A stretch of DNA of 32,000 bases from NCBI GenBank assembly GCA_045690015.1, contig CP145877.1, positions 30,001 through 62,000 of the forward strand. The letters run 5' to 3'. Shown piece after piece: positions 19,912-29,427 of this stretch (positions within the stretch are counted from its first letter, which is position 1; each line of letters opens with the position of its first letter). Below the pieces are notes generated by a model. That model was not told the DNA's origin, did no database searches, and saw nothing but the letters and a program-made list of their open reading frames with translations. This DNA comes from Candidatus Saccharimonadota bacterium (GTDB taxonomy: Bacteria > Pseudomonadota > Gammaproteobacteria > Enterobacterales > Enterobacteriaceae). Both the position numbers and the translations under genes were made by a program.

Positions 19912-21381
19912 TTAACCTATACGATAATTTGGAGGTTCTTTGGTAAGAACTACGTCATGAATATGACTTTCGCTAATACCAGCATTACTAATTCGTACAA
20001 ATTCTGCTTTTGTCCGCAATTCGTTAATAGTACTACAACCAGTCAAACCCATACATGAACGTAATCCTCCCATTTGCTGATGAATAATATCTTTAAGTTT
20101 TCCTTTATATGGAACTCGTCCCTCAATCCCTTCTGGTACTAATTTATCTACCGCATTATCTGACTGAAAATAACGATCTGAAGAACCATTAGCCTTAGAC
20201 ATCGCACCTAATGAACCCATACCTCTATAAGATTTAAATGCTCTTCCATGATATAACTCGATCTTACCAGGAGATTCCTCTGTTCCAGCAAATAAAGAAC
20301 CGATCATAACACAAGATGCACCCGCTGCAATTGCCTTCGCAATATCACCTGAAAATCTAATTCCTCCATCTGCAATTACAGGTATATTCAAACCCTCTAA
20401 TGCCGATACTGCATCTGCAATTGCGGTAATTTGTGGAATGCCAACACCAGTTACAATACGAGTTGTACAAATAGAACCGGGTCCAATACCAACTTTTACA
20501 GCATTTACTCCTGCCTCTACTAAAGCCAAAGCTCCAGAAGAGGTTGCAATATTACCTCCTATTATTTGTAGCTCTGGATAACTTGCACGAGTTTCGCGTA
20601 TGCACTCTAATATTTTTTGAGAATGACCATGGGATGAATCAATAAGCAAAATGTCTACGCCAGCTGCAACTAATGCATCAATACGTTTTTTATAATTAAT
20701 ACCAGTTCCTATAGCAGCCCCTACACGTAATCTACCTTTTTCATCTTTACACGCATTAGGTTTATTTTCAGCTTTTTGGAAATCTTTTACAGTAATCATA
20801 CCTAATAATTGAAAATTTTGATTTACTATAAGAGCTTTCTCCACCCGCTTCTCATGCATTTTTTGCAAAACTATCTCTCTAGATTCCCCCTCCTTTATTG
20901 TTACTAAACGATCTTGTGGTGTCATTACAGCAGATACCGGTTGATTAAGATTAGTTAAAAAACGAATGTCCCGTGCTGTAATAATTCCTATTAATTCATT
21001 CTTATGATTAACTACAGGATAGCCAGCAAATCCATTACGTTTAGTTAATTCCTTTACTTCCCATAACATGGTTGTTGGTAATACCGTTTGTGGATCTATA
21101 ATTATACCAGTTTCATGTGTTTTAACTTTACGTACTTCTTCTACCTGTTGTTCAATAGATAGATTTTTATGAATAAAACCTATTCCACCTTCTTGTGCTA
21201 ATGCAATAGCTAAAACATATTCAGTTACTGTATCCATAGCTGCAGAGATCATAGGAATATTTAAACAGATACTTTTAGTTAAGTAAGTAGTAAGAATAGC
21301 AGTATGAGGTAAAACTGTAGAATGAGCAGGAACGAGTAGTACATCATCAAATGTTAAAGCTTCTTTAGATATACGTAGCAT
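19912..21381 (-). CDS. guaB: IMP dehydrogenase GuaB
   Basis: Colinear with E. coli GuaB (488 aa). [25 protein letters not shown] is almost identical to the E. coli N-terminus [25 protein letters not shown]. The CBS pair region is present, as are the catalytic loop [11 protein letters not shown] and [18 protein letters not shown]. The start is set at the ATG at 21381. The track ORF (to 21486) adds 35 low-complexity, non-homologous residues. Confidence 0.96.
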   Translation of the reverse strand: MLRISKEALTFDDVLLVPAHSTVLPHTAILTTYLTKSICLNIPMISAAMDTVTEYVLAIALAQEGGIGFIHKNLSIEQQVEEVRKVKTHETGIIIDPQTVLPTTMLWEVKELTKRNGFAGYPVVNHKNELIGIITARDIRFLTNLNQPVSAVMTPQDRLVTIKEGESREIVLQKMHEKRVEKALIVNQNFQLLGMITVKDFQKAENKPNACKDEKGRLRVGAAIGTGINYKKRIDALVAAGVDILLIDSSHGHSQKILECIRETRASYPELQIIGGNIATSSGALALVEAGVNAVKVGIGPGSICTTRIVTGVGIPQITAIADAVSALEGLNIPVIADGGIRFSGDIAKAIAAGASCVMIGSLFAGTEESPGKIELYHGRAFKSYRGMGSLGAMSKANGSSDRYFQSDNAVDKLVPEGIEGRVPYKGKLKDIIHQQMGGLRSCMGLTGCSTINELRTKAEFVRISNAGISESHIHDVVLTKEPPNYRIG

Positions 21382-21517
21382 ATAGTTATATCTCAAATAA
21401 AAATTATCATCTCTAATTAATAATAGAGAATATTTTGTACAATAAAATATTGATCCTATCAAATAGATAGGTAATATCAAATACATAATTAATTTTATTT
21501 TAGGGATAATTTTTTAT

Positions 21518-22870
21518 ATGGCAGATTTACCTTTACCTCATGCAATACTTAGTGTTAGTAGTTTAAATAAAAAAGTACGTCAGTTAATTGACGACGGAAT
21601 AGGTAAAATTTGGTTAAGCGCTGAAGTATCTAATTTCTCTAATCCAGTGTCAGGTCATTGGTATTTTACACTTAAAGATAATATTGCTCAGGTAAGATGT
21701 GTAATGTTTCGTAATTGTAATCGTAGTTTTTTATGTCCTAAGAATGGTCAACAAATTCTCGTATATGCTGGAATTACTTTATATGAACCACGAGGAGATT
21801 ATCAACTGATTGTAGAAACTATACAATCCCTTGGAGATGGATTATTACATCAAGAATATCAAAGAATAAAAAAACTATTAGCTTCACAAGGATTATTCTT
21901 AAATGATTTTAAGAAAAAATTACCCCAACCTGCACATCAAGTAGGAATAATTACTTCCACAACTGGAGCAGCTTTATATGATATATTACGAATATTAAAG
22001 CGGCGAGATCCTTTATTATCGATAATAATTTATCCAGCTATAGTACAAGGTGATAAGGCCCCAGAAAGTATTATCAATGCAATTAGTTTAGCAAATAGAC
22101 GTAAAGAATGTGATGTGCTAATTGTAGGAAGAGGTGGAGGAAGTTTAGAAGATTTATGGTGTTTTAATAATGAAAGGGTCGCACGTGCTATATATTCCAG
22201 TAATATTCCAATTGTCAGTGCAGTAGGTCACGAAACTGATATAACTATTGCTGATTTAGTTGCAGATATCCGAGCATCTACTCCATCTGGAGCTGCTGAA
22301 TTAGTCAGTCGTAATCAACTAGAATTATTACGACTAATAGAAACTCAAAGACAGCATATTGGAATGGCTATGGATTATCTTTTAAAACAGAAACATCATT
22401 CATTAAAATCTTTACATCATCAGCTTCAACAACAACATCCACAATTATATTTAATGCGTAAATTAGCTGTTATCACTAATAGATTTAACTATCTAGATAA
22501 AATTGTTAAAGAAAAATTACAAAAATATACTCACCAGTATACATATACGAAACAGCAATTATTTTCTTTTCCAATTTATATACGGATTAATAAACATCAA
22601 CAAAATATTCAGAACTTGTTATATAGACTCCAAAAAAATATGGATACTAAATTAAATAATTATTTTCAGCACTTAATTTCTATAATTACACAACTAGAAG
22701 TAATTAGTCCACTCGCTACTCTTAAACGTGGTTATTGTATAATTACGCTATCCAATAATAATATTGTCAAAACTATACATCAATTAAAAAATCAAGATTT
22801 AATAAAAATTCAATTTTTAGATGGAGTTGCTATAACTAGAATAATTTCTATAATTGAAAAGCTAAATTAA
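21518..22870 (+). CDS. xseA: Exodeoxyribonuclease VII large subunit XseA
   Basis: 450 aa, colinear with E. coli XseA (456 aa). Matching segments: SGHWYFTLKDNIAQVRCVMFR, TLYEPRGDYQLIVE, VGIITSTTGAALYDIL, ECDVLIVGRGGGSLEDLW, VSAVGHETDITIADLVAD, SPLATLKRGY. It is divergent from guaB as in E. coli. Confidence 0.94.
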   Translation: MADLPLPHAILSVSSLNKKVRQLIDDGIGKIWLSAEVSNFSNPVSGHWYFTLKDNIAQVRCVMFRNCNRSFLCPKNGQQILVYAGITLYEPRGDYQLIVETIQSLGDGLLHQEYQRIKKLLASQGLFLNDFKKKLPQPAHQVGIITSTTGAALYDILRILKRRDPLLSIIIYPAIVQGDKAPESIINAISLANRRKECDVLIVGRGGGSLEDLWCFNNERVARAIYSSNIPIVSAVGHETDITIADLVADIRASTPSGAAELVSRNQLELLRLIETQRQHIGMAMDYLLKQKHHSLKSLHHQLQQQHPQLYLMRKLAVITNRFNYLDKIVKEKLQKYTHQYTYTKQQLFSFPIYIRINKHQQNIQNLLYRLQKNMDTKLNNYFQHLISIITQLEVISPLATLKRGYCIITLSNNNIVKTIHQLKNQDLIKIQFLDGVAITRIISIIEKLN

Positions 22871-22901
22871 CTTTTAGTAGTTAGTGTCTAATTAATTATC
22901 A

Positions 22902-24320
22902 TTAACTTTCCTTTAGATAAAGTTTAATGAGTGTACCATTTATATCTAATGAACGTCTAAAATAATTCTTTAGATAATTTTTATAGAAATTTGGTAATTT
23001 CTTGACTTGACTACCATGAATAACAATAATAGGAGGATTATAACCTCCTGAATGAGCATATTTTAATTTTACACTGCTACGACTACCATTCCTATAATAT
23101 ATAATTGGTGGTTGATGTTCTTCCAGAGCACTTTTCATAATTTGTGTCAACCTTCTACTGCTGAATTTTTTAGTTGAACTGTAATAGGCTTCTCTTACTG
23201 AGAAAAATAGATTGTCTATATCTTGTATTGATAAGCATAGAGCTGAAATAAAATGGATATGTACAAAATTCACAAATCTTAGACGAAATGACAGATTTTT
23301 TTTAAAATTTCGTTTCATTAGATGAGAAAGAGTATCCCATTTATTAACCACCAAAACTAAAGATCTTCCACTTTTTAAAATAATCCTTAAGATCGACAAA
23401 TCCTGATCAGAAATAGCTTCATGTGAAGCATCAATCACCATTATAACTACATTAGCTTTATAAATAGCATCTATAGTGGTTTTTATTGATAATTTTTCAC
23501 TTTCATTTAAAACTTTTCGGTATTTTCGTAACCCTGCAGTATCAATTAAAATATATTGGAATTTTTTATATTCAAAAGGAACATAAATACTATCCCTTGT
23601 GGTTCCTGGTCTATTAAAAACTATTACTCTTTCTTCACCTAGTAATCTATTAATCAATGTAGATTTACCCACGTTTGGACGACCTACAATGGCTAAGAAG
23701 CATATAGTATTTTGTTGAGCATTTTGATAATTATAATTGACAGAATTTTTTTCTAAAATATCATCACATAAAGAAGGAATGATTTTTTTAAAATGATTTT
23801 TATACCAAAAAGCAATTTGCTCTAATAATTTGTTGATGCCTCTACCACTAGATGCAGCAATAAAAAAAATATCCTTTACTTGTAATCCTAAAGAACAAAA
23901 TTCAGTCAATAAAAGATTTTGATTTAGTCCATCAATTTTATTAACCACTAAAAATAAGGGCTTATTACTAGAACGAATAAATTTCATTATATAATGATCA
24001 CCAGGCATAAGTCCCGAATATGCATCTACTATAAATAAAACCAGATTTGCTTCTTCAATTGCTTTACAAAATTGACCAAATATCTTAAGACCTAGAGTTT
24101 CTGATTTTAAAATTTTTATCTCATCAATACCACCAGTATCAATAATAATAAATTGAGAGTCTTTAACTATACTTATGCCATAATTTCGATCTCGTGTCAT
24201 ATTACAACAGTCTGTGACTAAAGCATGATGGTGAACAGTTGTAATTTTATTGAATAACGTAGATTTACCTACATTAGGGCGTCCAACTAATGCGATTCTT
24301 GGAATAAGATTTATTGTCAT
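22902..24320 (-). CDS. der: Ribosome-assembly GTPase Der (EngA), tandem GTPase domains
   Basis: 472 aa. It has two G domains (GRPNVGKSTLFN/DTGG/NKID and GRPNVGKSTLIN/DTAG/NKWD) and a KH-like C-terminal domain (KLKYAHSGGYNPPIIVIHG). It is colinear with E. coli Der (490 aa) but lacks the basic C-terminal tail. Confidence 0.95.
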   Translation of the reverse strand: MTINLIPRIALVGRPNVGKSTLFNKITTVHHHALVTDCCNMTRDRNYGISIVKDSQFIIIDTGGIDEIKILKSETLGLKIFGQFCKAIEEANLVLFIVDAYSGLMPGDHYIMKFIRSSNKPLFLVVNKIDGLNQNLLLTEFCSLGLQVKDIFFIAASSGRGINKLLEQIAFWYKNHFKKIIPSLCDDILEKNSVNYNYQNAQQNTICFLAIVGRPNVGKSTLINRLLGEERVIVFNRPGTTRDSIYVPFEYKKFQYILIDTAGLRKYRKVLNESEKLSIKTTIDAIYKANVVIMVIDASHEAISDQDLSILRIILKSGRSLVLVVNKWDTLSHLMKRNFKKNLSFRLRFVNFVHIHFISALCLSIQDIDNLFFSVREAYYSSTKKFSSRRLTQIMKSALEEHQPPIIYYRNGSRSSVKLKYAHSGGYNPPIIVIHGSQVKKLPNFYKNYLKNYFRRSLDINGTLIKLYLKES

Positions 24321-24330
24321 AAAACAAAAC

Positions 24331-24945
24331 TTATGATGAAAAATTCTTTTTCACAGATAGAGGTAAATTATTAATTTTCAATTTCATAATTTTTCTCAGA
24401 ATTGGTGAACTAGTTACTGCCAGACTCTCCGACCAAAATTGATATGCTTGATAACAGTCTCCTTTCTTAAACCAGGCATTACCTTGAATCTCAGCAACCA
24501 GATCTCTCCAAGCCCTTGTTTTAATACTTTTAAGTGTATACAAAGCTTCATCTATTTTTTTTTGCTGTAATTGAATACGCGCTAGACGTAACTTTAATAT
24601 GGTCTGCATATTTACATCACTAATGGTTTTTAAACCTTTTGTTAATTGCACTTCAGCATTAAAAAAATCATTATTTTCTATATATCTTTTAGCTAAATTT
24701 AACGAAATGAAGGTATCATAAATATGATTATTATAATTTATAAAAGATTTTGCAGTGTTTATTTTTAAGTCTACCGAATTATTATTTTTTAAGAATTGCC
24801 GATTTTTTTGATAAATAACAGAAGTATTTGCTATGTGATTTAATTTTTGATGGTACCAAAATACTCCAATAAATAATAAAACAAAAGTAAAAAAAATTAA
24901 CCAAAATAATGATTTTTTCTTCTGCGATAGAAGATATTGCACCAT
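24331..24945 (-). CDS. yfgM: YfgM-family membrane-anchored TPR-like protein (ancillary SecYEG/periplasmic chaperone network component)
   Basis: 204 aa (E. coli YfgM 206 aa) with a single N-terminal TM segment (LFWLIFFTFVLLFIGVFWY). The C-terminal half aligns: ILKLRLARIQLQQKKIDEAL vs VINLRLARVQVQLKQADAAL, and MKLKINNL vs MQMKINNL. It sits in the conserved position between hisS and der. Confidence 0.85.
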   Translation of the reverse strand: MVQYLLSQKKKSLFWLIFFTFVLLFIGVFWYHQKLNHIANTSVIYQKNRQFLKNNNSVDLKINTAKSFINYNNHIYDTFISLNLAKRYIENNDFFNAEVQLTKGLKTISDVNMQTILKLRLARIQLQQKKIDEALYTLKSIKTRAWRDLVAEIQGNAWFKKGDCYQAYQFWSESLAVTSSPILRKIMKLKINNLPLSVKKNFSS

Positions 24946-24969
24946 TTTTTTTCCCTATTTGATTAAAAA

Positions 24970-26253
24970 TTAATCGTTAAAATAATTAGCTATAAATTTA
25001 GCAACCTCGGTTTTTTTTATCATTTGCTTTTTTCCTGTATATAAATCTTTTAACATAACATGATTAGTAGCTAATTCTTTTTCTCCTAACACTAAAACAA
25101 TACGAGCACCATGTTTATATGCTTGAAAAAAAAATTTGTTTAAGTTTTTGCCTACTCCTCTATAATTTATCATTAATTTTATATTAGGTATACAGTCACG
25201 TAAATATTCTGAGAGAATGATTGCCTCTCCTTGTTGTTGTACATAATAAATTAAATAAACATCAATTTTTTTTTCTAATATTTTTGGACTTTTCAGATTA
25301 ACCAACATAGCTAGACGTTCCATACCTATAGCCAATCCTATAGCAGGAGTAGCATGTCCTCCCAATTCTTTAACTAAGCTATCATAACGCCCACCAGCAC
25401 ATAATGTGAACTGTCTTCCTTCTATATCCTTAGTAACCCATTCAAAAACCGTACGATTATAGTAATCTAATCCACGAACTAAAAATGGATTGATTTCATA
25501 ATTAATTCCAGTCATATCTAGTAATTTACAAAATTCTGCAAAATGAACTTTTGATTCTGAATCTAAATATTCATGAAGTGAGGGTGCTTTATTTAAAATA
25601 CTTTTAATGTGAGCATTTTTTGTATCAAGTATTCTCAAGGGATTAGTATACATACGTCGTTTACTATCTTCATCTAGATCGTTTATGTGAGATTCTAGAA
25701 ATGAAATCAAAGCAGTTTTATAAAGATTACGGCTTTTAAGTGATCCTACTGAATTGATGTGAAGATTAACAGAATTCATAATACCTAATTCACGCCACCA
25801 TCTCACTGTTAATAAAATTAATTCAATCTCGATGTTTGGACCAGGTAAACCAAATACCTCTACACCTATTTGATGAAACTGACGATAACGTCCTTTTTGT
25901 GGTCTTTCATAGCGAAACATTGGTCCAGAATACCATAAACGTTGTTCCTGATTATATAATAATCCATGTTCTATTCCAGCTCGAACACAACCTGCTGTTC
26001 CTTCTGGTCTTAAGGTCAAACTTTGACCATTACGACTATTAAAAGTATACATTTCTTTTTCTACCACATCAGTAATATCCCCTATAGCATGGTGAAATAA
26101 AGAAGTATCTTCTATAATAGGGAACTTAATTTCTTGATAACCATAGCTCTTCAGTACCTTTATAAGTATTTCTTGAATGTTTCGGAAAATGATACTTTCT
26201 GGAGGAAAATAATCTTTCATCCCACGTATAGCCTGGATTCTAGATTTTGACAT
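24970..26253 (-). CDS. hisS: Histidine--tRNA ligase HisS
   Basis: 427 aa, colinear with E. coli HisRS (424 aa). Matching segments: [91 protein letters not shown]. Confidence 0.97.
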   Translation of the reverse strand: MSKSRIQAIRGMKDYFPPESIIFRNIQEILIKVLKSYGYQEIKFPIIEDTSLFHHAIGDITDVVEKEMYTFNSRNGQSLTLRPEGTAGCVRAGIEHGLLYNQEQRLWYSGPMFRYERPQKGRYRQFHQIGVEVFGLPGPNIEIELILLTVRWWRELGIMNSVNLHINSVGSLKSRNLYKTALISFLESHINDLDEDSKRRMYTNPLRILDTKNAHIKSILNKAPSLHEYLDSESKVHFAEFCKLLDMTGINYEINPFLVRGLDYYNRTVFEWVTKDIEGRQFTLCAGGRYDSLVKELGGHATPAIGLAIGMERLAMLVNLKSPKILEKKIDVYLIYYVQQQGEAIILSEYLRDCIPNIKLMINYRGVGKNLNKFFFQAYKHGARIVLVLGEKELATNHVMLKDLYTGKKQMIKKTEVAKFIANYFND

Positions 26254-26309
26254 TAAAAATGTATCCGTTTATTTGATTGGGTTGTTATTACTATGTTGAA
26301 TGGGTGATA

Positions 26310-27419
26310 TTAATGATCATTATCTAATAATGTTTTATTCTCTAAGAGAGCTGCTTTTGCACGGATTTTTTTTTCTAACTCATCTATTAATTTATTATTG
26401 TCGAGTCTTTCATGCTTACTTATACCATCTTCATAAAAACTACTGGTATTTTTACCACCAGTAACACCTAGATCAGAGATTAACGCTTCCCCTGGACCAT
26501 TAACTCTACAACCAATAATTGAAACATCCATTGGAGTTACTATATCTTCTAAACGTTTTTCTAGAGCTTGAACAGTACTAATTACATCAAATTCCTGTCG
26601 TGAACAAGTTGGACAAGCAATAAAATTAATACCTCGTACACGAATTCGTAAGGACTTAAGAATCTCGAATCCCACCTTAACTTCTTCTATCGGGTTAGCA
26701 GCTAAAGAAACTCTTAATGTATCCCCAATTCCTTCAGATAAAAGAATTCCTATGCCAATAGCAGATTTTACAGTTCCTCCACGTATCCCTCCAGCTTCTG
26801 TAATACCTAAATGTAAAGGATTTTCTATTTGTTTCGACAATAAGCGATAGGATTCCACTGCTAAAAATACATCTGAAGCTTTGATACTGACCTTAAACTG
26901 ATCGAAGCTCATTCGATCAAAATAATCAATATGACGTAATGCGGATTCTATTAAGGCTTGTGCAGTCGGTTTACCATATTTTTTTTGTAAATCTTTTTCT
27001 AAAGAACCCGAATTTACTCCTATTCTAATAGGAATATTTTTGTCTTTAGCACAATCAATAACTTGACGAATACGTCTTTCATTGCCAATATTACCTGGAT
27101 TAATACGTAAACAATCTGCTCCCGATTCCGCAACTTTCAAGGCAATACGATAATCAAAATGAATATCTGCAATCAAAGGTACTGATACTTGTTTCTTAAT
27201 TATTTTGAAAGCTTCTGCTGCATCCATAGTAGGTATAGATACTCGAACTAAATCTGCTCCTACTTTTTGTAATGATTTTATCTGTTCAATGGTTTGTTCA
27301 ATATTAGTAGTAGAGGTATTGGTCATTGACTGAACCGAAATAGGAGCATTTCCACCAATAGGAACATTTCCAACATTAATCTGTTTGGATTTTCGACGAT
27401 TTATAGCTTTGCTGCACAT
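26310..27419 (-). CDS. ispG: HMBPP synthase IspG (GcpE), MEP pathway
   Basis: Colinear with E. coli IspG (372 aa). Matching segments: [85 protein letters not shown]. The track start at 27443 is a GTG. The ATG at 27419 has a GGAG SD 6 nt upstream and puts the RRKS motif in register with E. coli, so I prefer it. Confidence 0.95.
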   Translation of the reverse strand: MCSKAINRRKSKQINVGNVPIGGNAPISVQSMTNTSTTNIEQTIEQIKSLQKVGADLVRVSIPTMDAAEAFKIIKKQVSVPLIADIHFDYRIALKVAESGADCLRINPGNIGNERRIRQVIDCAKDKNIPIRIGVNSGSLEKDLQKKYGKPTAQALIESALRHIDYFDRMSFDQFKVSIKASDVFLAVESYRLLSKQIENPLHLGITEAGGIRGGTVKSAIGIGILLSEGIGDTLRVSLAANPIEEVKVGFEILKSLRIRVRGINFIACPTCSRQEFDVISTVQALEKRLEDIVTPMDVSIIGCRVNGPGEALISDLGVTGGKNTSSFYEDGISKHERLDNNKLIDELEKKIRAKAALLENKTLLDNDH

Positions 27420-27489
27420 ATTTTTCTCCGATATAACATGCACTGCACATTAGTAACTTATAAACTTACATAATACATAGATATAATTT

Positions 27490-28605
27490 TTAAATGATGG
27501 TAGTTGTGGTGCGATCAATAACTTTACCGGATAATTGTCCACAAGCGGCACTAATATCATCACCTCTAGTCTGACGTATAAAAGCAAAAAAACCATATGA
27601 AATTAATACTTTATAAAAAGATTCAATTTGTTTATATAAACTACGTTTATAGTATGAATTAGGATAACTATTCCAAGGAATTAAATTGATCTTGCAAGGA
27701 ATTTTTTTTAGACAATTTGCTAACTCATGAGCATGCTCTATACGATCATTTAACTTATCTATCATTACATACTCAATTGTTATACCTCCATAATTAGCAT
27801 GGGATTTAATTCCATAATTATATGCAGCTGCAAGCAGCGAGGCAATATTATATCTTTTATTAATAGGCATAAGAAGATCTCTTAATTTGTCATTTGGAGC
27901 ATGAAGCGAAATAGCTAACCCCACATCAATTTTTTCTCCTAATTGTTGTATAGCGGGAACTACTCCTGATGTAGAAATAGTTATATGTCTTTTAGATAAA
28001 CCAAAACCCAAATCGTCCAACATTATTTCTATGGCTGGAACTACATTTAACAAATTCAGTAAGGGTTCTCCCATTCCCATCAGTACGATATTACTAATAT
28101 TTCTAAATTTTTTTCCACATATTTTATATCTATTTTTTAGAATTTTGTTAGCCATCCAAACTTGACCAATAATTTCTGATACAGATAAATTTCTATTAAA
28201 TCCTTGCTGTGCAGTATAACAAAAATTACATCCTACTGAACATCCTACTTGCGAAGAAATACAAAGAGTGGATCTATAATTATTACTAGGTATATAGACC
28301 GTTTCTATTTTTTGCTGATCATAAACTTTAAAAATCCATTTTATGGTTCCATCGGTTGAACAATATTCTCTTATAAGATTAGGTGCCTGAATTTTAGAAT
28401 AAACATTCAATTTATCACATAAGGTTTTATTAAGATTAGTCATAAGATAAAAATTTTCGCAACCATAATGATAAATCCATTTCATGACTTGATCAGCTCT
28501 ATAAGGTTCTTCTTTTAAAAATCTAAAAAAATCTCTCATTTGCTGACGATTAAGATCTAATAAATTGATTTTGCTGCTAGGATTAAAAAACCATGATTTA
28601 ATCAT
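27490..28605 (-). CDS. rlmN: Radical-SAM 23S rRNA/tRNA A2503/A37 C2-methyltransferase RlmN
   Basis: 371 aa, colinear with E. coli RlmN (384 aa). Matching segments: [31 protein letters not shown], radical-SAM cluster motif [41 protein letters not shown]. Confidence 0.95.
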   Translation of the reverse strand: MIKSWFFNPSSKINLLDLNRQQMRDFFRFLKEEPYRADQVMKWIYHYGCENFYLMTNLNKTLCDKLNVYSKIQAPNLIREYCSTDGTIKWIFKVYDQQKIETVYIPSNNYRSTLCISSQVGCSVGCNFCYTAQQGFNRNLSVSEIIGQVWMANKILKNRYKICGKKFRNISNIVLMGMGEPLLNLLNVVPAIEIMLDDLGFGLSKRHITISTSGVVPAIQQLGEKIDVGLAISLHAPNDKLRDLLMPINKRYNIASLLAAAYNYGIKSHANYGGITIEYVMIDKLNDRIEHAHELANCLKKIPCKINLIPWNSYPNSYYKRSLYKQIESFYKVLISYGFFAFIRQTRGDDISAACGQLSGKVIDRTTTTII

Positions 28606-28617
28606 TTTACTTACATA

Positions 28618-29043
28618 TTAATAGTTGCAAATCTCATTTTCACGAAAAAAATAAGTAATTTCTCGGTGAGCTGAATCCAGAGAATCAGAACCATGAATTG
28701 CATTTGCTGTAATACTATCAGCATAATCTGCACGTAATGTACCTGCAACAGCATTAGTTGGATTAGCTGTTCCCATTAACTCCCTAAGATGTTCTACAGC
28801 CTTTTCTCGTTCTAAAACTGATATCATAATGGGACCAGAAATCATAAACCTAATTAAAGTTTCAAAAAAAGGTTTATTACCATGTTCAGCATAAAATTCT
28901 TGAGCTTGTTTTCTAGTCAATTTTTGCATTTTAGCCGCAATAATTTTAAAACCTGCCTTTTCAATACGGTAATAAATAGCACCGATAAGATTTTTTATTA
29001 CAGCATTCGGTTTTATAATAAAACAAGTTTGTTCTATTGTCAT
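28618..29043 (-). CDS. ndk: Nucleoside diphosphate kinase Ndk
   Basis: [15 protein letters not shown]... matches E. coli MAIERTFSIIKPNAV. Other matching segments: [19 protein letters not shown], and the active-site His in NAIHGSDS. The track start at 29046 is a TTG one codon upstream. The ATG at 29043 has an AGAGGA SD upstream. Confidence 0.95.
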   Translation of the reverse strand: MTIEQTCFIIKPNAVIKNLIGAIYYRIEKAGFKIIAAKMQKLTRKQAQEFYAEHGNKPFFETLIRFMISGPIMISVLEREKAVEHLRELMGTANPTNAVAGTLRADYADSITANAIHGSDSLDSAHREITYFFRENEICNY

Positions 29044-29083
29044 CAATTCCTCTATAGAATAATGATTACTGTGTCAACAATAT

Positions 29084-29398
29084 TTACTCACTTACTATAT
29101 TAATAGTATAACGAGGTATTTCAACTATTAAATCTTCATTTGTTAAATGTGCTTGACAACTTAATCGACTTTGAGTCTCTACTCCCCATGCTTTATCTAA
29201 CATATCCTCTTCTTTTTCACTCAGGGGAGATAATGAGTCAAAACCACTACGAATTATGCAATGACAAGTAGCACATGCACAAGATTTTTCGCAAAAATGT
29301 TCGATTTTAATACCATTACGTAGTGCTACATCTAAGATCGTTTCTCCCACTGAAGCGTTGACTATTCTTCCATCGGGGAGCAAAATTTCATGAGGCAA
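29084..29398 (-). CDS. fdx: [2Fe-2S] ferredoxin Fdx of the ISC system. The intact ORF begins at a TTG, and the ancestral ATG (29415) is out of frame across a T9 run.
   Basis: ...[56 protein letters not shown]...MLDKAWG...SRLSCQA...EIPRYTIN is colinear with E. coli Fdx (111 aa), and the Cys ligand pattern is conserved. The only in-frame start is the TTG at 29398..29396. An ATG at 29415..29413 with a GAGGA SD 7 nt upstream encodes MPKIFF (E. coli MPKIVI) but is offset by 1 nt (see findings). Confidence 0.9.
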   Translation of the reverse strand: MPHEILLPDGRIVNASVGETILDVALRNGIKIEHFCEKSCACATCHCIIRSGFDSLSPLSEKEEDMLDKAWGVETQSRLSCQAHLTNEDLIVEIPRYTINIVSE

Positions 29399-29405
29399 AA
29401 AAAAA
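29397..29405 (-). repeat. T9 homopolymer on the coding strand (A9 on + strand) separating the fdx ATG from the fdx body
   Basis: Counted directly: the + strand reads tgaggc-aaaaaaaaa-tttttggcat, with nine A at 29397-29405. Confidence 0.95.
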
Positions 29406-29427
29406 TTTTTGGCATTATAAAATCCTC

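Noticed and set aside
21382-21486. 35-residue N-terminal extension of guaB in the ORF track ([35 protein letters not shown]), which could be read as a signal or TM segment
   Set aside because: The residues [25 protein letters not shown] that immediately follow match the exact E. coli GuaB N-terminus. The extension is an open read-through of AT-rich promoter DNA, which also holds a small CCTATC-aaata-GATAGG palindrome at 21455-21471.
25836-26042. 68-aa ORF on the + strand
   Set aside because: It is antisense inside hisS, so it is a shadow ORF.
28882-29103. 73-aa ORF on the + strand
   Set aside because: It is antisense to ndk and to the ndk-fdx junction, and its composition is low-complexity and AT-driven.
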